Made by a program: the position numbers and the translations under genes. Shown piece by piece: positions 14,501 through 27,305 of a stretch of DNA of 64,000 nucleotides. Source of the stretch: Ascidiella aspersa (taxonomy: Eukaryota); the NCBI GenBank assembly GCA_963924565.1, contig OZ004608.1:25854001-25918000 (forward strand), written 5' to 3'. The notes below the pieces were generated by a model that was not told the DNA's origin, did no database searches, and saw only the letters and a program-made list of their open reading frames with translations. The number at the start of each line of letters is the position of its first letter. The first letter of the stretch is position 1.

Positions 14501-17500
14501 AATGCAAATGCACGTGCACACGTTTCTGTTGTAGCGTCAGGCATTGGGACTGCTTCCGGCCACCTGGAAAATCGATCTACAATTGTTAGCAAATACCTGT
14601 TGCCTTTCGATGTGGGTAGAGGTCCAACGATATCCACGTTGATATGTTGAAATCGAGCTGTTGGAATGGGATAGGTCTCCAATGGTGAATGAACATGGCG
14701 TTGCACTTTTGCTGTTTGACACTTGATGCATTGTCGGCTCCATTCCTGTATTTCTTTGTTTAAGCCATGCCAAACAAACTTAGATGCTATGAGCTTTTGA
14801 GTTGCACGAATAGACGGATGGGCTAGACCGTGAACTGCGTCAAAAACTTTTTTCCGCCAAGTTTTTGGTATAATAGGCCGTGGACTACCTGTTGAAATGT
14901 CACACAAAATAGTTACACTGGACGATCCAATACAAATATCTTCGAGTTTTAATTTTGAAATAGCGGTACGGTAGGCTTGCACTTCCGGATCCTGCTGTGC
15001 TGCTGCTAACTGAAAGTAATCAATGTCAATTAGGTCCTGCTGAACCGAATTAAGAAATACACGAGAAAGTGCATCTGCGACCACATTTTGCTTACCTTCT
15101 ACATGTCTGACGTCTGTAGTATATTCGGAGATCGCAGTAAGGTGGCGTTGTTGTCTCGCAGACCAAGGATCAGCAACTTTTTTGAAAGCAAAGGTGAGAG
15201 GCTTATGATCGGTGTACGCTGTAAATGCTCTTCCTTCGAGAAAGTAGCGAAAATGTCTGACGGACAGGTGCAACGCAAGGAGTTCGCGATCGAACGCACT
15301 GAATCGAGTTTCGGCTGGTCGTAAATGCCTGCTAAAAAATGCAAGTGGCATCCACGTATTGTGAATGTATTGTTCGAGAACTGCCCCGACAGCTGTTTCG
15401 GATGCGTCGACTGTCAAGGCGGTTGGAGCCTGGTGCTGCGGATGAACCAGCGTAGTGGCATGCTCCAGTGCTGCTTTTGCTTTGTTGAAAGCACTCTGTA
15501 GTTCATCAGTCCAAACTAGTGTCTTGCTTTTTGTAGACAATGCTTTGTATATCGGGGACATTATTCGTGCGGCAGCTGGAATAAATCTGTGGTAAAAATT
15601 GACCATACCTGCAAATTCTTGTAGTGCTCTAAGTGTTGTTGGTTTTGGAAAGCGACGGATTGTTAAAACTTTGTCTGGAAGTGGTCTTGCTCCATTGCAG
15701 TCGACGCGATGACCAAGGAAATCAATTGTAGACTTTCCAAACGAGCACTTGTTTAGGTTAATAACAAGTCCGTTATCTGCAAGTCTTTGAAAAATTTGTT
15801 TGAGGTGTACGAGGTGCTGCTTTATTGACTTACTGGCAACTAGAATGTCGTCTAGATAAACGAATGCAAAATCAAGCGTTTGACAAACTGTATCCATAAG
15901 GCGTTGGAACGCTTGTGCGGCGTTTTTTAACCCAAACGGCATACGTAGAAATTCAAACAAACCAAAAGGTGTGATCACCGCAGTTTTTGCTATATCTGCT
16001 TTGGCAACCGGTACTTGATGATAACCTCTTACCAAATCAATTTTAGAAAATACTTTTGCTCCCGCTAAACGTGCGGAGAAATCCTGAATATGCGGTATAG
16101 CATACCTGTCAGGTTGAGTAGCTGCATTCAATCGCCTGTAATCGCCGCAAGGTCTCCAGTCGCCAGATGACTTTGGAACCATATGAAGTGGTGACGACCA
16201 TGGACTAGATGATCTCCTGATTATTCCTAATTCCATCATTTTCCGAAATTCGTCCTTTGCTATTTGCAACTTTTCCGGAGATAACCGTCTTGCTCTTGCG
16301 TGCACTGGCGGGCCTGTTGTTGGAATGAAGTGTTCCACTTGGTGCTTTGGAGCCACGCTGAATAGTGTTGGCGTTGTGATGTTTGGAAACTTTTCCAAAA
16401 GCTTTCTGTACACGTTGTTGCCCGAAACCAGCGTGTTTAACTGCGGCGCGCTTTGCTTTGCGTTGCTGATTGGAATGCTGGAAAATGATTTAGCATTCAG
16501 CAGGCAATTGTGCCGGAGGTCTACTAAGAGAGAATGCGCTCTAAAGAAATCTGCGCCTAAAAGAGGCTTTGCTACAGCGGCTACAGTAAAGCGCCAGCAA
16601 AATTTACCAGATGCCAGATCTAAACATATGTTTCTCGTGCCATATGTATTTATGTTACTTCCGTTGGCTGCGATAAGTTTGGGGCCGCTGGATTGCTTCC
16701 GTTTTTGAAGAGATGAGGCAGGGTAAACGCTGATTTCCGCTCCTGTGTCGATCAAAAAGTTTCTTGCGGATATTTTGTCCCATACGTAAAACAAATTCCC
16801 TCTTTTGCCGACCGCTGAAGCATTTAGTAGCGGCCGGCTGTGTCGTTTCCCTGAAACGAACAAGGTTGCTGACATTTCCTCGCTTTGTCTTTAAACCTTT
16901 CGTGGAAGAAACACAAACCACCGGATTCGTTCCTTTGTATTTTTGTCGTTGAAAACGTTGGCTTCTTCTTGATTTTTGCGATAGTAAACTGCTGATCATC
17001 ATTTCGCGCTTGCCACAACATGTCAGCACGTTGAGCCAGAAAGCGAGGATCTTCGAAACTTTCTTTTATCAAAACAACAGGAATGTCTTCTGGCATAGTT
17101 TGCAGAAAGAGGTATCCGAAAAGAAAGCATGGCACATGGCCAGCCATAAGCGAGAGCATTTCGTCCATAAGCTGCGACGGCTTGCGATCTCCAAGCTCAG
17201 TTATGTGCAAAAGCTTTGCTGCTCGTTCATACTCGGAGAGGCTGAATGTGCTCAGTAATCGCTCCTTTATTGCGTTGTACTTGTTCCTTTCTGGTGGATC
17301 TTCCAATAAATCGATCAGTCTACTTGCGGTATGCTGGTCCAAGGCAAATATGACGTGGAAGTACTTAGTTTCATCGCACGTAATTTTTCTTAAGTGAAAT
17401 TGCGCTTCAGACTGTTGAAACCATACTCGAGGTTGCTCGACCCAAAACGTCGGAAGCTTCAGAGAAACGGCGCTTTGCATGCTTGAATCTTGAATTTTCA

Positions 17501-18464
17501 ACCATTAAACTCGTCTATAGCCAAGAAATTTCGTTTCTTGGACCGGGGTCACCAAATGTAGTGGCAAGCTTGTATTCGGTCAGCGTGTTCTGATGAATGT
17601 AAGTAGTTGCCACGTGCGCGACACGCAAACACAAAACACACGAAAAAGGCAAATGCGAACACGTACATAAAAAGGCATAAGACACGCTTCGCTTAACATG
17701 CTGCAGGGGCTACAGTATAGATGATAAACTGAACCAGTTTAGTATCAATAACAAGATTATTACGAAAACATACAATCAGTTTTCTAAAATTCCAAAAAAA
17801 CACAAATATTTACTTTGGTCCATTAGTCGGACTCTTGTGGGTTGCGAAAATAATGAGAATATTCGAACTCATCTTGATCGTGTCTACTAATATCATAACA
17901 GGAACCTGAACAGTACACACATACTATTTTTTTATTTAATCCAGTTGCCGTGATGCTGCCAAACATGCAAGCTGGGTACTGCGTACTACTCTCTATTATT
18001 CAAAATCGATGTTGTGTGCCATTGGTAGGAATGTCAAACATCGTGTGAATGCCTGTAAAGGCGATAGCGGAGGAATGATGGCACGACAGGTAGCATTACA
18101 GCAGTCTCCAATACACAGTTTGCCAACTTTAAGAACAAATATAACTTTTTTGTTTTAAATATAGTTCAACCATTTTATCATTATTGAATTTGCTTAATTT
18201 GTAGTGGCTATTGCCTACGTATATATTTTGAAAATTGGTTCAAATTCATCATCGTAATTTTACAATCAACTTAATTTCTTCCAGATCGTCGACACCGAAA
18301 CAAAACAGTCTTGTTGGGTTCAAGTGGGCATTGTAAGCTGGGGCATGCAGTGTAACAGCACCATGGAAGTAAACGGTATAAAACTTCCCATGCCAGGATT
18401 CTACACAAAAGTGTCCGTCGTCATGAGTTGGATAAAAAGCACGTTGAAGTCGAATGTCCCTTAA
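5578..18464 (+). CDS. Module B: WAP-like, 6 CCP/sushi and protease SP2 (probably spliced to module A)
   Basis: Exons 5578-5715, 5853-6023, 6381-6551, 6736-6909, 7082-7252, 8119-8286 (GC donor), 8366-8536, 10334-10473, 10622-10736, 10973-11097, 11379-11586, 12535-12670, 17945-18089, 18285-18464. Motifs: [16 protein letters not shown] sushi repeats, [30 protein letters not shown]. Confidence 0.88.
9450..10156. mobile_element. hAT-like non-autonomous element (second copy 45558-46263)
   Basis: TAGGGCC...GG(A/C)CCTA termini, perfect 8-bp TSD gttataac, subterminal aaattttaactttatt repeats. Confidence 0.8.
12951..13408. mobile_element. hAT MITE of the same family as 18467-19351, inverted
   Basis: cagtggtcggcaacc...ggttgccgacccctg; both ends are reverse-complement similar to the 18467 element. 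TSD not recognisable. Confidence 0.65.
13771..16875 (-). CDS. pol: Pol polyprotein (PR-RT-RNase H-IN), probably reached by -1 frameshift
   Basis: LIDTGA, YLDD, DAS/TDHKPL, H..H..C..C, SDRGPQF..NGLVER and GPY motifs in an uninterrupted 1034 codons. The stop lies inside the 3' LTR. Confidence 0.96.
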   Translation of the reverse strand: MSATLFVSGKRHSRPLLNASAVGKRGNLFYVWDKISARNFLIDTGAEISVYPASSLQKRKQSSGPKLIAANGSNINTYGTRNICLDLASGKFCWRFTVAAVAKPLLGADFFRAHSLLVDLRHNCLLNAKSFSSIPISNAKQSAPQLNTLVSGNNVYRKLLEKFPNITTPTLFSVAPKHQVEHFIPTTGPPVHARARRLSPEKLQIAKDEFRKMMELGIIRRSSSPWSSPLHMVPKSSGDWRPCGDYRRLNAATQPDRYAIPHIQDFSARLAGAKVFSKIDLVRGYHQVPVAKADIAKTAVITPFGLFEFLRMPFGLKNAAQAFQRLMDTVCQTLDFAFVYLDDILVASKSIKQHLVHLKQIFQRLADNGLVINLNKCSFGKSTIDFLGHRVDCNGARPLPDKVLTIRRFPKPTTLRALQEFAGMVNFYHRFIPAAARIMSPIYKALSTKSKTLVWTDELQSAFNKAKAALEHATTLVHPQHQAPTALTVDASETAVGAVLEQYIHNTWMPLAFFSRHLRPAETRFSAFDRELLALHLSVRHFRYFLEGRAFTAYTDHKPLTFAFKKVADPWSARQQRHLTAISEYTTDVRHVEGKQNVVADALSRVFLNSVQQDLIDIDYFQLAAAQQDPEVQAYRTAISKLKLEDICIGSSSVTILCDISTGSPRPIIPKTWRKKVFDAVHGLAHPSIRATQKLIASKFVWHGLNKEIQEWSRQCIKCQTAKVQRHVHSPLETYPIPTARFQHINVDIVGPLPTSKGNRYLLTIVDRFSRWPEAVPMPDATTETCARAFAFHWIARFGVPSEMSSDRGPQFTSQLWAKVTQLIGIKHRCTTAYHPQANGLVERFHRHLKSVLMARMQAANWIDELPWVLLGIRATPKKDLKASSAELVYGTTISLPGDFIPHATNLGEPTEFLQTLRNSIGNFLPTPMSKHRNVIIDVPRVLLSCAYVFVRKDGYRPPLNPPYEGPYKVFERHAKYFVVDIAGQRQTISVDRLKPAYVDPTQPVQLHVPRRRGRPRKNFNPLLGGSNVAPAAC
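16813..16851 (-). promoter_or_regulatory. Putative -1 ribosomal frameshift signal (slippery site; stimulatory hairpin runs to ~16807)
   Basis: Minus strand G GGA AAC, 6-nt spacer, then gccggccgct/agcggtcggc 10-bp stem, within the gag/pol overlap. Confidence 0.75.
16824..17480 (-). CDS. gag: Gag with CHCC zinc knuckle
   Basis: [20 protein letters not shown] and [18 protein letters not shown] (C-x2-H-x9-C-x3-C). First in-frame ATG is at 17480. Confidence 0.9.
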   Translation of the reverse strand: MQSAVSLKLPTFWVEQPRVWFQQSEAQFHLRKITCDETKYFHVIFALDQHTASRLIDLLEDPPERNKYNAIKERLLSTFSLSEYERAAKLLHITELGDRKPSQLMDEMLSLMAGHVPCFLFGYLFLQTMPEDIPVVLIKESFEDPRFLAQRADMLWQARNDDQQFTIAKIKKKPTFSTTKIQRNESGGLCFFHERFKDKARKCQQPCSFQGNDTAGRY

Positions 18465-18466
18465 AT

Positions 18467-19351
18467 CAGGGCTCGGCAAACTTTTTTGCACTGCGGGTCG
18501 GTTTTAAAACGGAAATTTTGTCGCGGGCCGGTTTTAAAAATCAACAAATGTTCGGTAAAGGAAGTTATTACTACTTTTTTCAATCACTTATTAAAATGCA
18601 TACGTTATTTTCGAAAACTTTCATGCCTGAACACCAAAATAATAAATCATTTTATACGCTTGAACATCAAAGAAACATGATATTTTAGCCCATTTTTCGA
18701 TATATTGTACATACGAGGTGTTATATTTTACAATAAGAACTGCATTTTTGGATGTTGCAAACGTGCTATGTAACTTATGTGGTCACAGCACACTATTGTT
18801 TTGAACCTCACGATAGCTTTATACTAATTGTGATGTTTTATCATACAAAATCAACCATGAAATATATCTTTAAATCAGTGATTCCCAAACTGTGTGCCTC
18901 GAGAGATTGCCAAGCGTGCCGCAAAACTTTTTGTAATTTCAGAAAAAAAGTATTTGTATTAACAATAGGCGTACACGCAAGCATTTTAGACTTAAATACG
19001 CACTATTCATTACATATTATTAATTTTGAGACATTTGCATACCTATAGTTTGTCGTGTGTTAACGGAGATTGTAAAATGACTCTATTGTTATTCTGTTAA
19101 AAGTTGCCGCGAAATAGTTAAGATTTTTTTCGCGTGCAGTGAGCCAAAAAAGTTTGGGAACCACTTAACTGCTTTAAACCAAAGTCAATATGTTTCCAAT
19201 AAAAAATACATTGAATTTTTTTCGACTTTTACCCCCTTTCACGTACCGTACAGTTTGGGTTTACATACAAAATACCTAATCTAGAAACCCTGCTACGGAC
19301 CGGTAACGAACTCCTCGCACCGGTCCGCGGACCGGCGGTTGCCGACCACTG
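18467..19351. mobile_element. hAT/Charlie-type MITE at the SP2 stop codon with a nested MITE at 18876-19171 (second copy 54384-55268)
   Basis: cagggctcggcaaac...ggttgccgaccactg with TSD ccttaaat/ccttagat. Nested cagtgattcccaaac...gtttgggaaccac with TSD ctttaaat/ctttaaac. Confidence 0.75.
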
Positions 19352-19605
19352 CCTTAGATCACGACACCGAACATTTCCTTGTTGAACAAAATATTTTAAT
19401 TGATCTGTCTGTTGGGTTAGTTGAAGCAAAACCAATCAATACCAACCATTCAGGAACGTGTTTTATTTTTTTTATTTTTAGTTTGAGTTAATTTACTTAT
19501 CTACAAATCTAGCTAACAAAATAAATCATTTTTTGTTGTTGTTTTAACGACAATCAGGTGGTAGTCTTACGACGGAAGAAAACCTTTTACAGTGACACCA
19601 ATTAT

Positions 19606-19696
19606 AACACGTTACAAACGGTTTTAAGGAAGAACACGTAACAAACGGTTTTAAGGAAGAACACGTAACAAACGGTTTTAAGGAAGAACACGTAAT
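19606..19696 (+). repeat. 27-bp minisatellite, ~3.3 copies here and ~2.3 at ~55523-55586
   Basis: Unit acacgtaacaaacggttttaaggaaga. Confidence 0.9.
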
Positions 19697-20129
19697 AACT
19701 CAATATTGGACACTGGGAAGAATTTACAGCAAAATATACGAGAAGCTAACATAAAGTCATGCACAGCGTTAAAGTGAGAGATTCAGCCAAAATTAAATCA
19801 GGATTTCCGAACAAAATGTAATTCAACAAAGCAGCACGAGACAAAGAAAACAGCTTCAATTGTGACATTACAGAATTTCGACAAACAGAGAAACAAATTG
19901 CGCTAATAAAAACGGACCTTTAGGTGGTTAAAAGTGGACACTCAAAAACAAATGTATTGGAGTTTCAGAAGTTCCGCAAAAACAAGTACGGCACAAAATG
20001 TATTAGTTATATTCAGTTGACTGTGACCTAATCTCAACATACAAAGAACAGCAGTTATTTTAGGATTTTTTCCGTATACGTATTGGCCAAATTATAGAAA
20101 AAATGACTTTAATATATATATATTTTTTA

Positions 20130-20975
20130 ATATTGAAACCGGTGATGCAGCCCGTCATTTCACCGGGAGACTATTCCACAGTCGAATTGACTTGCAAACA
20201 AACGAGTCATTTGGATTTTCGAGCGGATAACGGGCATTGTTAATGGGTAGCGAAACTAGTGGCTATAGGAATGTCTTTAATAAATTTAGGTATGTATGAT
20301 TGTAAGTAAGATGGTCCAATGTGATAAATTAACTTAAAGAATAGTGACAAAGCATGAACATTTCGTCTTAAATGAAGACGAGTTAGACCAAGGTCAAGTA
20401 TAGGATCTTACTGTGTGATGTGGTTCTCTTACACCCTAGAATTAGCTTAGCTGAATCGTATTAAACACTTTCAAGTAAGTCACTGTCGGTATTACTACAA
20501 TTGTTATCAATTATTTCGGCGTGTTCCAGTATTGGAAGAATATGGGCTTTGTAGAAAACAAGGAGTATGTGGCGCGAAACAGTTGTTAAAATTTTACGCA
20601 GAATTTTTAAGGCGGGTACGTGCTTTATGACAAGTATATAAGATATGTTTATGCCAGGATAACGAAGGAGTAAATATAATACCTCATAGGTATTTGTGAC
20701 TGTCATCTTCAGGTTATATTGAACCTTTGAAAGTGATTTTTGGATGGCCAGGTCGGTTTTTAGATATTGTGAGCACAGATGTTTTTATTGAATTAAAATT
20801 TACTGCCCAGATGGATGCCAATTTTTTTTAAGAACTTTTAGAACGTTTGTTAAAGTTTTGTGTGGTACACGGACATTTAAAAGAATAGTATAAAGCTGTG
20901 TCATCTGCAAAAAGTGATACATCTGAAGTTAGATTAGCCGTAATATCATAAACTAGAAATAACAAAGGACCGAAT
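20130..20975 (-). pseudogene. Non-LTR (CR1/L2-like) RT C-terminal remnant (second copy ~56020-56865)
   Basis: Minus strand GPLLFLVY, VSLFADDTALY, WASIWAVNFN..KT and FYKAHILPILE, with stops and frameshifts. Confidence 0.75.
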
Positions 20976-21766
20976 CTGTAGTAATCCTAATCGGAATAAG
21001 GAAATCCGTAGCATATCTTTATACAAATAATATTTTCATCAGTCATTTAATGCAAGTGTTGCTGATGTTGAATTTGTTAAGTCAGTTGTGCGAACCGAGG
21101 CAGTAGTTTTGTTTCGAGTGCTCCTATCATAAGCAGATAAACATCCTTGATAAAAACTTTTTTGGTTTCAATTTCAACAAGAGCAAAAAATCTTTGCTCG
21201 CAAAGGTATGTCGTGGGCATGTGATAAGGATGGAACTCCCGGCATAGATAAATTGAAAAAAATGAAAGTGTTTACAAAAGATAAGAAAATATGAGATAGA
21301 ATTAATAATACTTGACCTACCTTAACTTAAACGCTATAACATTTAATAATTATAATTATTAGAACGCTGGGGGAAAAGCCCAAACTCTGGGGCAGAAGAT
21401 GTCACACATTAATGTATTGGGACCTAAAGCGTTTATGTAACTATTAAATCAACGCACAATATTTGAGTTAGGGGGCTGGTTATCGTTTGGGTTCGGGTGG
21501 GTCAAGTATTATTAAATTTCATCTTTTTATTCAGATTTTGTTAAGTTAAATTAGTGAATTTTTTTAAGACAAAGTCTAAAAGTCAGACTTTTTTGATCCT
21601 TTGGACAGACCTTTGGCTTAGCACTAATGTCACTGATCGAGTGAAAATTAAGTATAGTTTTTAAATGTTTTGAACTCTGCATTTCCAAATATGATGATAG
21701 TTTAATAAGTTTACTGGTTAAGTATCTCAAGATACTCTTCGAAATGTGGCTCGCGGAACCAAAATA

Positions 21767-24700
21767 CACTGTTAAAAATATTGGGTACTTCATTGAAAAA
21801 GTTTTGGGTAGTGCAACAGTTTACCCCGAAACAGGGCCAAAATATTTGGGTACCCTTAAAACCTACCCAAGTAGAATTGGGTAGCGTGTTTTTCATAAGA
21901 AATTTCCCTTTTTTGTTGGGTAAAAAAACGTGCTACCCAATTGGAAGAAAATGTTTTTTTGGGTAGTAAGATTTCATACCCAATTATTCATGGAACGTTT
22001 CTACCCAAAACAGGAAAATTGGGTATTAATCACAAGTACCCAATTCCAATTTCTCGAATTGGGTAATCATAACACCCTAAAAGAATTAGGTATGAGCTTT
22101 TATACCCAAAACGCATGTACCCAAAATCGGTGAATTGGGTAAGGTTAACAAATACCTAATTAACAAAATGGGTACTCTTAACTTTCTAAAAACAGTGGTT
22201 TCAGCTTAGCATTAAACAAGACTCCAAAGCAAATTTTAAAACGTACAGTTTGGTTTATTTACAAAATCAAGTCAACTTAAATACACAAAAATCGGTGAAT
22301 TGGGTAAAGTTAACAAATACCTAATTAACAAATTGGGTACTTATGACTTCCTAAAAATTAAATACACCCAAGCAGACTGTTTCAAGGATTCTAACCTAAA
22401 TTTTGGACAAACAAATTCCTCAAATGAATCAAATGGGGATACTATACATAAAGGGCGAGGAAAAAAATAATGGTTACTTCATTCAGTTTGGGTAGTGCAT
22501 GAGTTTACCCCGAAAAACGGCAAAATAATTTGGGTACCCTAAAAAACAACCCAAGTAGAATTACTCAATATAATTTTGATTTTTTCTTGTGTAAAAAAAC
22601 ATAATATATTATTGGGTAGTAGGATTTTATACCCAAATTCAGAGCCGAGATTTGTACCCAAAATAAATAGATTGGGTATAGTCAACATGTACCCAAATAA
22701 TATCGGTAGAATGTTGGGTAAGGAATGTTCACATAATTGGGTTTGGGAACTTTGGGTATTCATAGATTTAACCCAAAACAAACTTGGGTAAAGTTTAGCA
22801 CCGGGTATAAAAAACAAATTAATGGATCATACATTTTATTGTTCATCGTAATGATCAACACAAAACTTGTTCGATAGTGGTTATGTTAGAAATATAACTA
22901 GTTATGACAGTGATTAATGCGACTGTTTTAAGATGAAAAATCGGCGGACCATAACGTCCTATTTCACTTATTAATCTATTAGGCATACCGTTATGAGTTA
23001 GTTCAGTAGCTTAGAGCCTAACATACATTAAATCCTCCAGTTTGTTATAACGCTTATTAGGTGTACAAATATTTAAATAACGGCAAATTGGTGCGTCGAT
23101 TTTAATTTTGAAATTCGGCGCGAGACGTCACACTCCGTTAAGCGAGAGGGATTCTTTCGCCAAGCGCGCGTCTAAAAACGCATTTGTCTCGCCAAGCGCG
23201 CGTCTAAAAGTTAGTTTGTGAACCACATAAGTTATGTGTATGTAAGAAGTGTGATAAACATCAGCCAGTTGCAGTTATCGTGTTCTCAACTTTAAAAAGA
23301 TTGGGATAAAAAAGAAAAGGAAGGTGGATATGTCTAGGTCAAGCCTTTTATGGTAAGTTAAAACATTACTGTTTTTTATTTAATTTATATGTCAACACTT
23401 TTTTTGAAAAAGAAACAAGAAAATATACCCCACTGATATTTACTACTTTACCGTTTTTGGTGATCTTATTGTTGGACCCAGTCAAGTTCACACCAAAAAC
23501 TTGTAGGTTAAGCAATGTTAATAAATAATTAATATAATACTATTTGACCCACCCTTATCCGAATAAAAAGACAATTTCTCTTTTGTTAAATCATTTATTT
23601 TAGTTTTTATTTTCATCTTTCAGCAATCCCAAACTGCAAAAAATGAAGTTGTCTCAGTGGATAAGAGTTACAAAAAGCCATTAGAGGTACAAAATTAATA
23701 TTTGCAATATTTTGCTATTTTATATGGTAATAATTGTCAATGTTGTTTTTAGATATTACCTTTATTTGTACAAGTGTGCTTTATATAGTAAAATGCTTTA
23801 CATGAGGCAATTTTGTTTACCTAAATAGTTTTGTAACATTAATTATTGCACTTATTGGAACTATAGGTTACTGATAAACCAAATTCCATTAGTTTCGGTA
23901 CTTCTCATCATGTTAATTTATGCACTTTGCCATGTTTTTCGATCCACTGTAGTGTTTTCTAATTTGAAGTTAAATTTCTGAGAAAATTTTACATTAAAAA
24001 TCACTAAAGAGTCTTTCCTGTAAATGCACTTATAAATTTGTTTTGCTCATTTTAATATAGTAATGACGTAATTTGGTATTGGATCAGATCCCGGTACATT
24101 TTGCCTAAATTTTCTTGTATTAGACATTCCTAATTTTAAGTATAAAAACACAAATATGCATGTAGTAAGTGATATTATTTTAAACTATAGGCACATACAG
24201 ACTACGGCACTATAATTTCTTTTTAACTTCATGTGTTTTTTTACAGACAAGCAAGGATTATTATCAGCAGTGTCCACTATGCTTAACAATGGACCTTATC
24301 TGGTCAGGTGAAGCAAATTAACCAAACGCCATTGAAAAACAAAGAACTATTCTCCTGGTAAGAAATATGTTTATAGCTCCTGTTAAGTGATAATATACAA
24401 TAAAATAACTCCAAACAATAAAGACTAATGTTGCCTAAAATTGATACTGTTAACATTACTTATTTTATAATTCATATATGTTTAGATTAGTAGAATATAT
24501 TTGTCTAATGGCTTTTGAGAAGGATCACAAAACTTAATTTGCATTAAGTGAAGGACATATTTTGTTTTTGTAGAAAAAGACAACCACATATCATGTTACG
24601 AGGGCTGTCCAGGACTCCCAAATAACCATTTATAGCAGTGTTTGTCAGTGCAGAAAAAAACTACTGTTGTAAAAATCTAACCCCACTTATGCATATACCA

Positions 24701-25453
24701 TTGTGTGTTTAATATGAGTGATGTCCCCACATGTACGTTTAGCCCTTCATTTTTTATAGTCTTTTTGGTGAAACGTTCTTAAATGTTATTAGTGATACGT
24801 TGATTATAATTATTGTTTGCAAAATTATGCTATTTTCATTGTAATTTTAAAGTATTTTTCCTTATGTTGTTTTTTCTTTTGTATTTTTATTTGTCAAGTT
24901 CCATTTGTTACAACAGTGTTCTTTCTAATACACTTTCTTATTTGCTTCTTAGAAATTGTGGTGAACGCAAAATTATTTGGGTGAATTCTTTTTCTACCCA
25001 ACAATGTTGAATTTCTCGACAAATGTACCTTGAATATTTTGTATGGCACGAACTAAAATTACCCAATATAGCAATTGGGTGCAACAAAGCGATACCAAAA
25101 AATATTTATTGGGAATCCCCACGAGCGTACCCAGAAAAGTGAAGTGGGTACAACCTAATATTACCTAAGAATACCATTTGGGTGGAACAATGCGATACCC
25201 AAAAATATTTATTGGGAATCCCCACGAGCGTACCCAGGAAATTAAATTAGGTACAGGCTTATGTTACCCATGTAATTTAGGTAAAATAATGTGATACCCA
25301 ATAATTTAGATTAGGTAGATATCAGTGGTACCCAAGGTATTTTGGGTATTAATTACCCAAAAATATTTATTGGGAATCCCCACGAGCGTACCCTGTTTGA
25401 CAAAAAAGTACCCAATGATTTTGGGTATTGAATACCCAATTTTGCTAACAGTG
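21767..25453. mobile_element. Non-autonomous CACTG-ended DNA transposon (EnSpm/CMC-like), 3687 bp
   Basis: Ends CACTGTTA...TAACAGTG, TA TSD, dense subterminal TACCCAA/TTGGGTA repeats. Empty site aaaaTAtgtgg at 57828-57838 in the other unit. Confidence 0.92.
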
Positions 25454-25560
25454 TATGTGGCCCACGGTGTGCTTTGGTTTTTGACCCGCAGCACAAATAT
25501 TCAGTTGCAGGCTTTTGAAATTGCATCAGGGCATCATGACAACCATATTTTGCTCTAATC

Positions 25561-25980
25561 CTGGGGTGGACAATTATTTGTAGCCGCGGGCCGCATGAGA
25601 AACTTGAAATGTTATGGCGGACTTGGTCAAAATTGGATCTAATATACACGCAATATGACGTCAGAAAGCTAACGAATTTGTTATATCACGTTTGGAGTAA
25701 TGCGAAGATCTGCAATTTAAGTCGAATTTAAAGAAGGGAACATCGCATTAACTAAATTAGGTTAGAGTTTAGAAAACGTTTGGTATCTCGCTCATCTTTT
25801 AAAGACGGAATACTTTCAATGCGCTAAAAATATTTAGTTTAAGTTTGTTCAAATTTTGTTGGGAGAGTGTCACAGCAGAGGACGCAATTTGTCTGTAAGT
25901 TGCCAAAGATAGAAGAGATTCGCGCAAAACTGCTTGGCGGGACGGGATCAGGCCCGTGGGCCGTATGTTGCCCAAGTCTG
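25561..25980. mobile_element. Degenerate hAT MITE
   Basis: ctggggtggacaa...gcgggccgc and gggccgtatgttgcccaagtctg Charlie-like termini; TSD weak. Confidence 0.45.
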
Positions 25981-26893
25981 CTCTGGTGTGTCACAAACTT
26001 TTAATTGAGATATCCTTAAGTTACTATTTTGTGCTGACAAACACTAATCGTGTACAGCGAAAACTGCAGATGCTTACTTTAACATCGTTTACGTCGTTTA
26101 TATCGAATGCCACAAAGTCACGTCGAAAACAACAGGTTACTACAGGTCAACTGGTTGCACGATAATATAATATAATAGGAATATTACCTCACAATGGTCA
26201 AGGGAAGGCGGCAAAGTAACGCAACTGCTATCAGACAGCTAGTCATCGGCCTATTGTCACGCGTTTTCTGGTACACCCTGTAAACATTCTGGTGCACACT
26301 GGGGTGCACGAAACACCCGGTTGACAAGCACGGGTCTAGATGACGCAACACATTAAAACGTCGAAAGGGGTAATCTCTTGTCAGTGTTTTACTTGTATGA
26401 CAAACAAAACTATAGGAGGTGAAAGTGATAACACATTTTTTGAGAGCGTAGAAATAGAGGAGAAATGCTTATTAAATAGATTTGCTCTCTCGTAATCATC
26501 GGCTATATGTTCGCCAATATAAAAAAGTTTGATGACAAATTATTGCTGCTGTAATTATCACAATAAATCAAACGTTGCGTGGCGGACCAAAAAGCTTCAC
26601 TCGAGATTTGTTCATTACATACTTGGTTAGCAAGATGTGATTAATAATAGCAGTGCTGTTTGAAATTATCTTTATGTAAACTGTTTACAAAATTCCGCGC
26701 CAAGCTATTTTACGCACCCCTTAAGTGCGTTCAGCGCCCCCCTAATTATGAAAAGAAAATATACCCTTGAACCTCGCCAACTCCCACAAGGGGGCGGTAT
26801 CGCCCACGTTGGAAACCTCTGGTCAAAAATGAATGTATTAGTGGTTCAATCTCCGAACTTGAAGAAAATACGTGGTTATTATGTAAAAACATT

Positions 26894-27305
26894 GTCAAGG
26901 GATTTCTTGGAAATACACGTGCAGAGAATTATATCGAAATTGTTCAGAAGCTATTGTAAAGCTACAAATAACTTGGCTGCAACATGAGAATCAAGGCGCG
27001 TTTTTGCATAGCCATCTTTCCAGGTCCTAGAAAACGCAATATCTGTTTTAAGGATCAGATAGAGCTGTACAAATGTTTATTTAAAAAACATTGAGTTACT
27101 TTCGGTTGCTCCCATTCTTAAAACTTTTTATACAATAAACGCATATGTCTTGAATGTTGAACTATTTTGTTGATTCTGAAACAATGTAGTAGGTGCCTAC
27201 AGTTCAAACAACGTAACGTGATAGAGAAAACTAATGTCATTTTTAGATTCGGCTCCAAAAGTTAGTCAAACACAATTGCTAGATCAAAAACTGTGTCCCC
27301 CTGTG
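26894..27305 (+). pseudogene. Chapaev-3-like (CMC) transposase C-terminal remnant and terminus (second copy ~59280-59691)
   Basis: VKGFLGNTRAENYIEIVQKLL*SYK*LGCNMRIK..FLHSHL; ends at ...tccccctgtg. Confidence 0.65.

Larger units (their letters stand above)
13635..17714 (-). mobile_element. Full-length Gypsy/Ty3 LTR retrotransposon (CsRn1/Kabuki-like), antisense in an SP2 intron
   Basis: Identical 158-bp TG..CA LTRs (13635-13792, 17557-17714), 4-bp TSD gtat, PBS TGGTGACCCCG (tRNA-Trp 3' end, 17544-17554), G-rich PPT next to the 3' LTR, gag plus PR-RT-RH-IN pol. Confidence 0.97.

Noticed and set aside
14159-17397. Short ORFs overlapping gag/pol on either strand
   Set aside because: Shadow frames of the GC-richer retroelement with no motifs.
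21780-25440. CRISPR-like or telomeric array (TTGGGTA and ~34-bp repeats)
   Set aside because: Irregular spacing, both orientations, confined to transposon ends, eukaryotic context, no cas genes.
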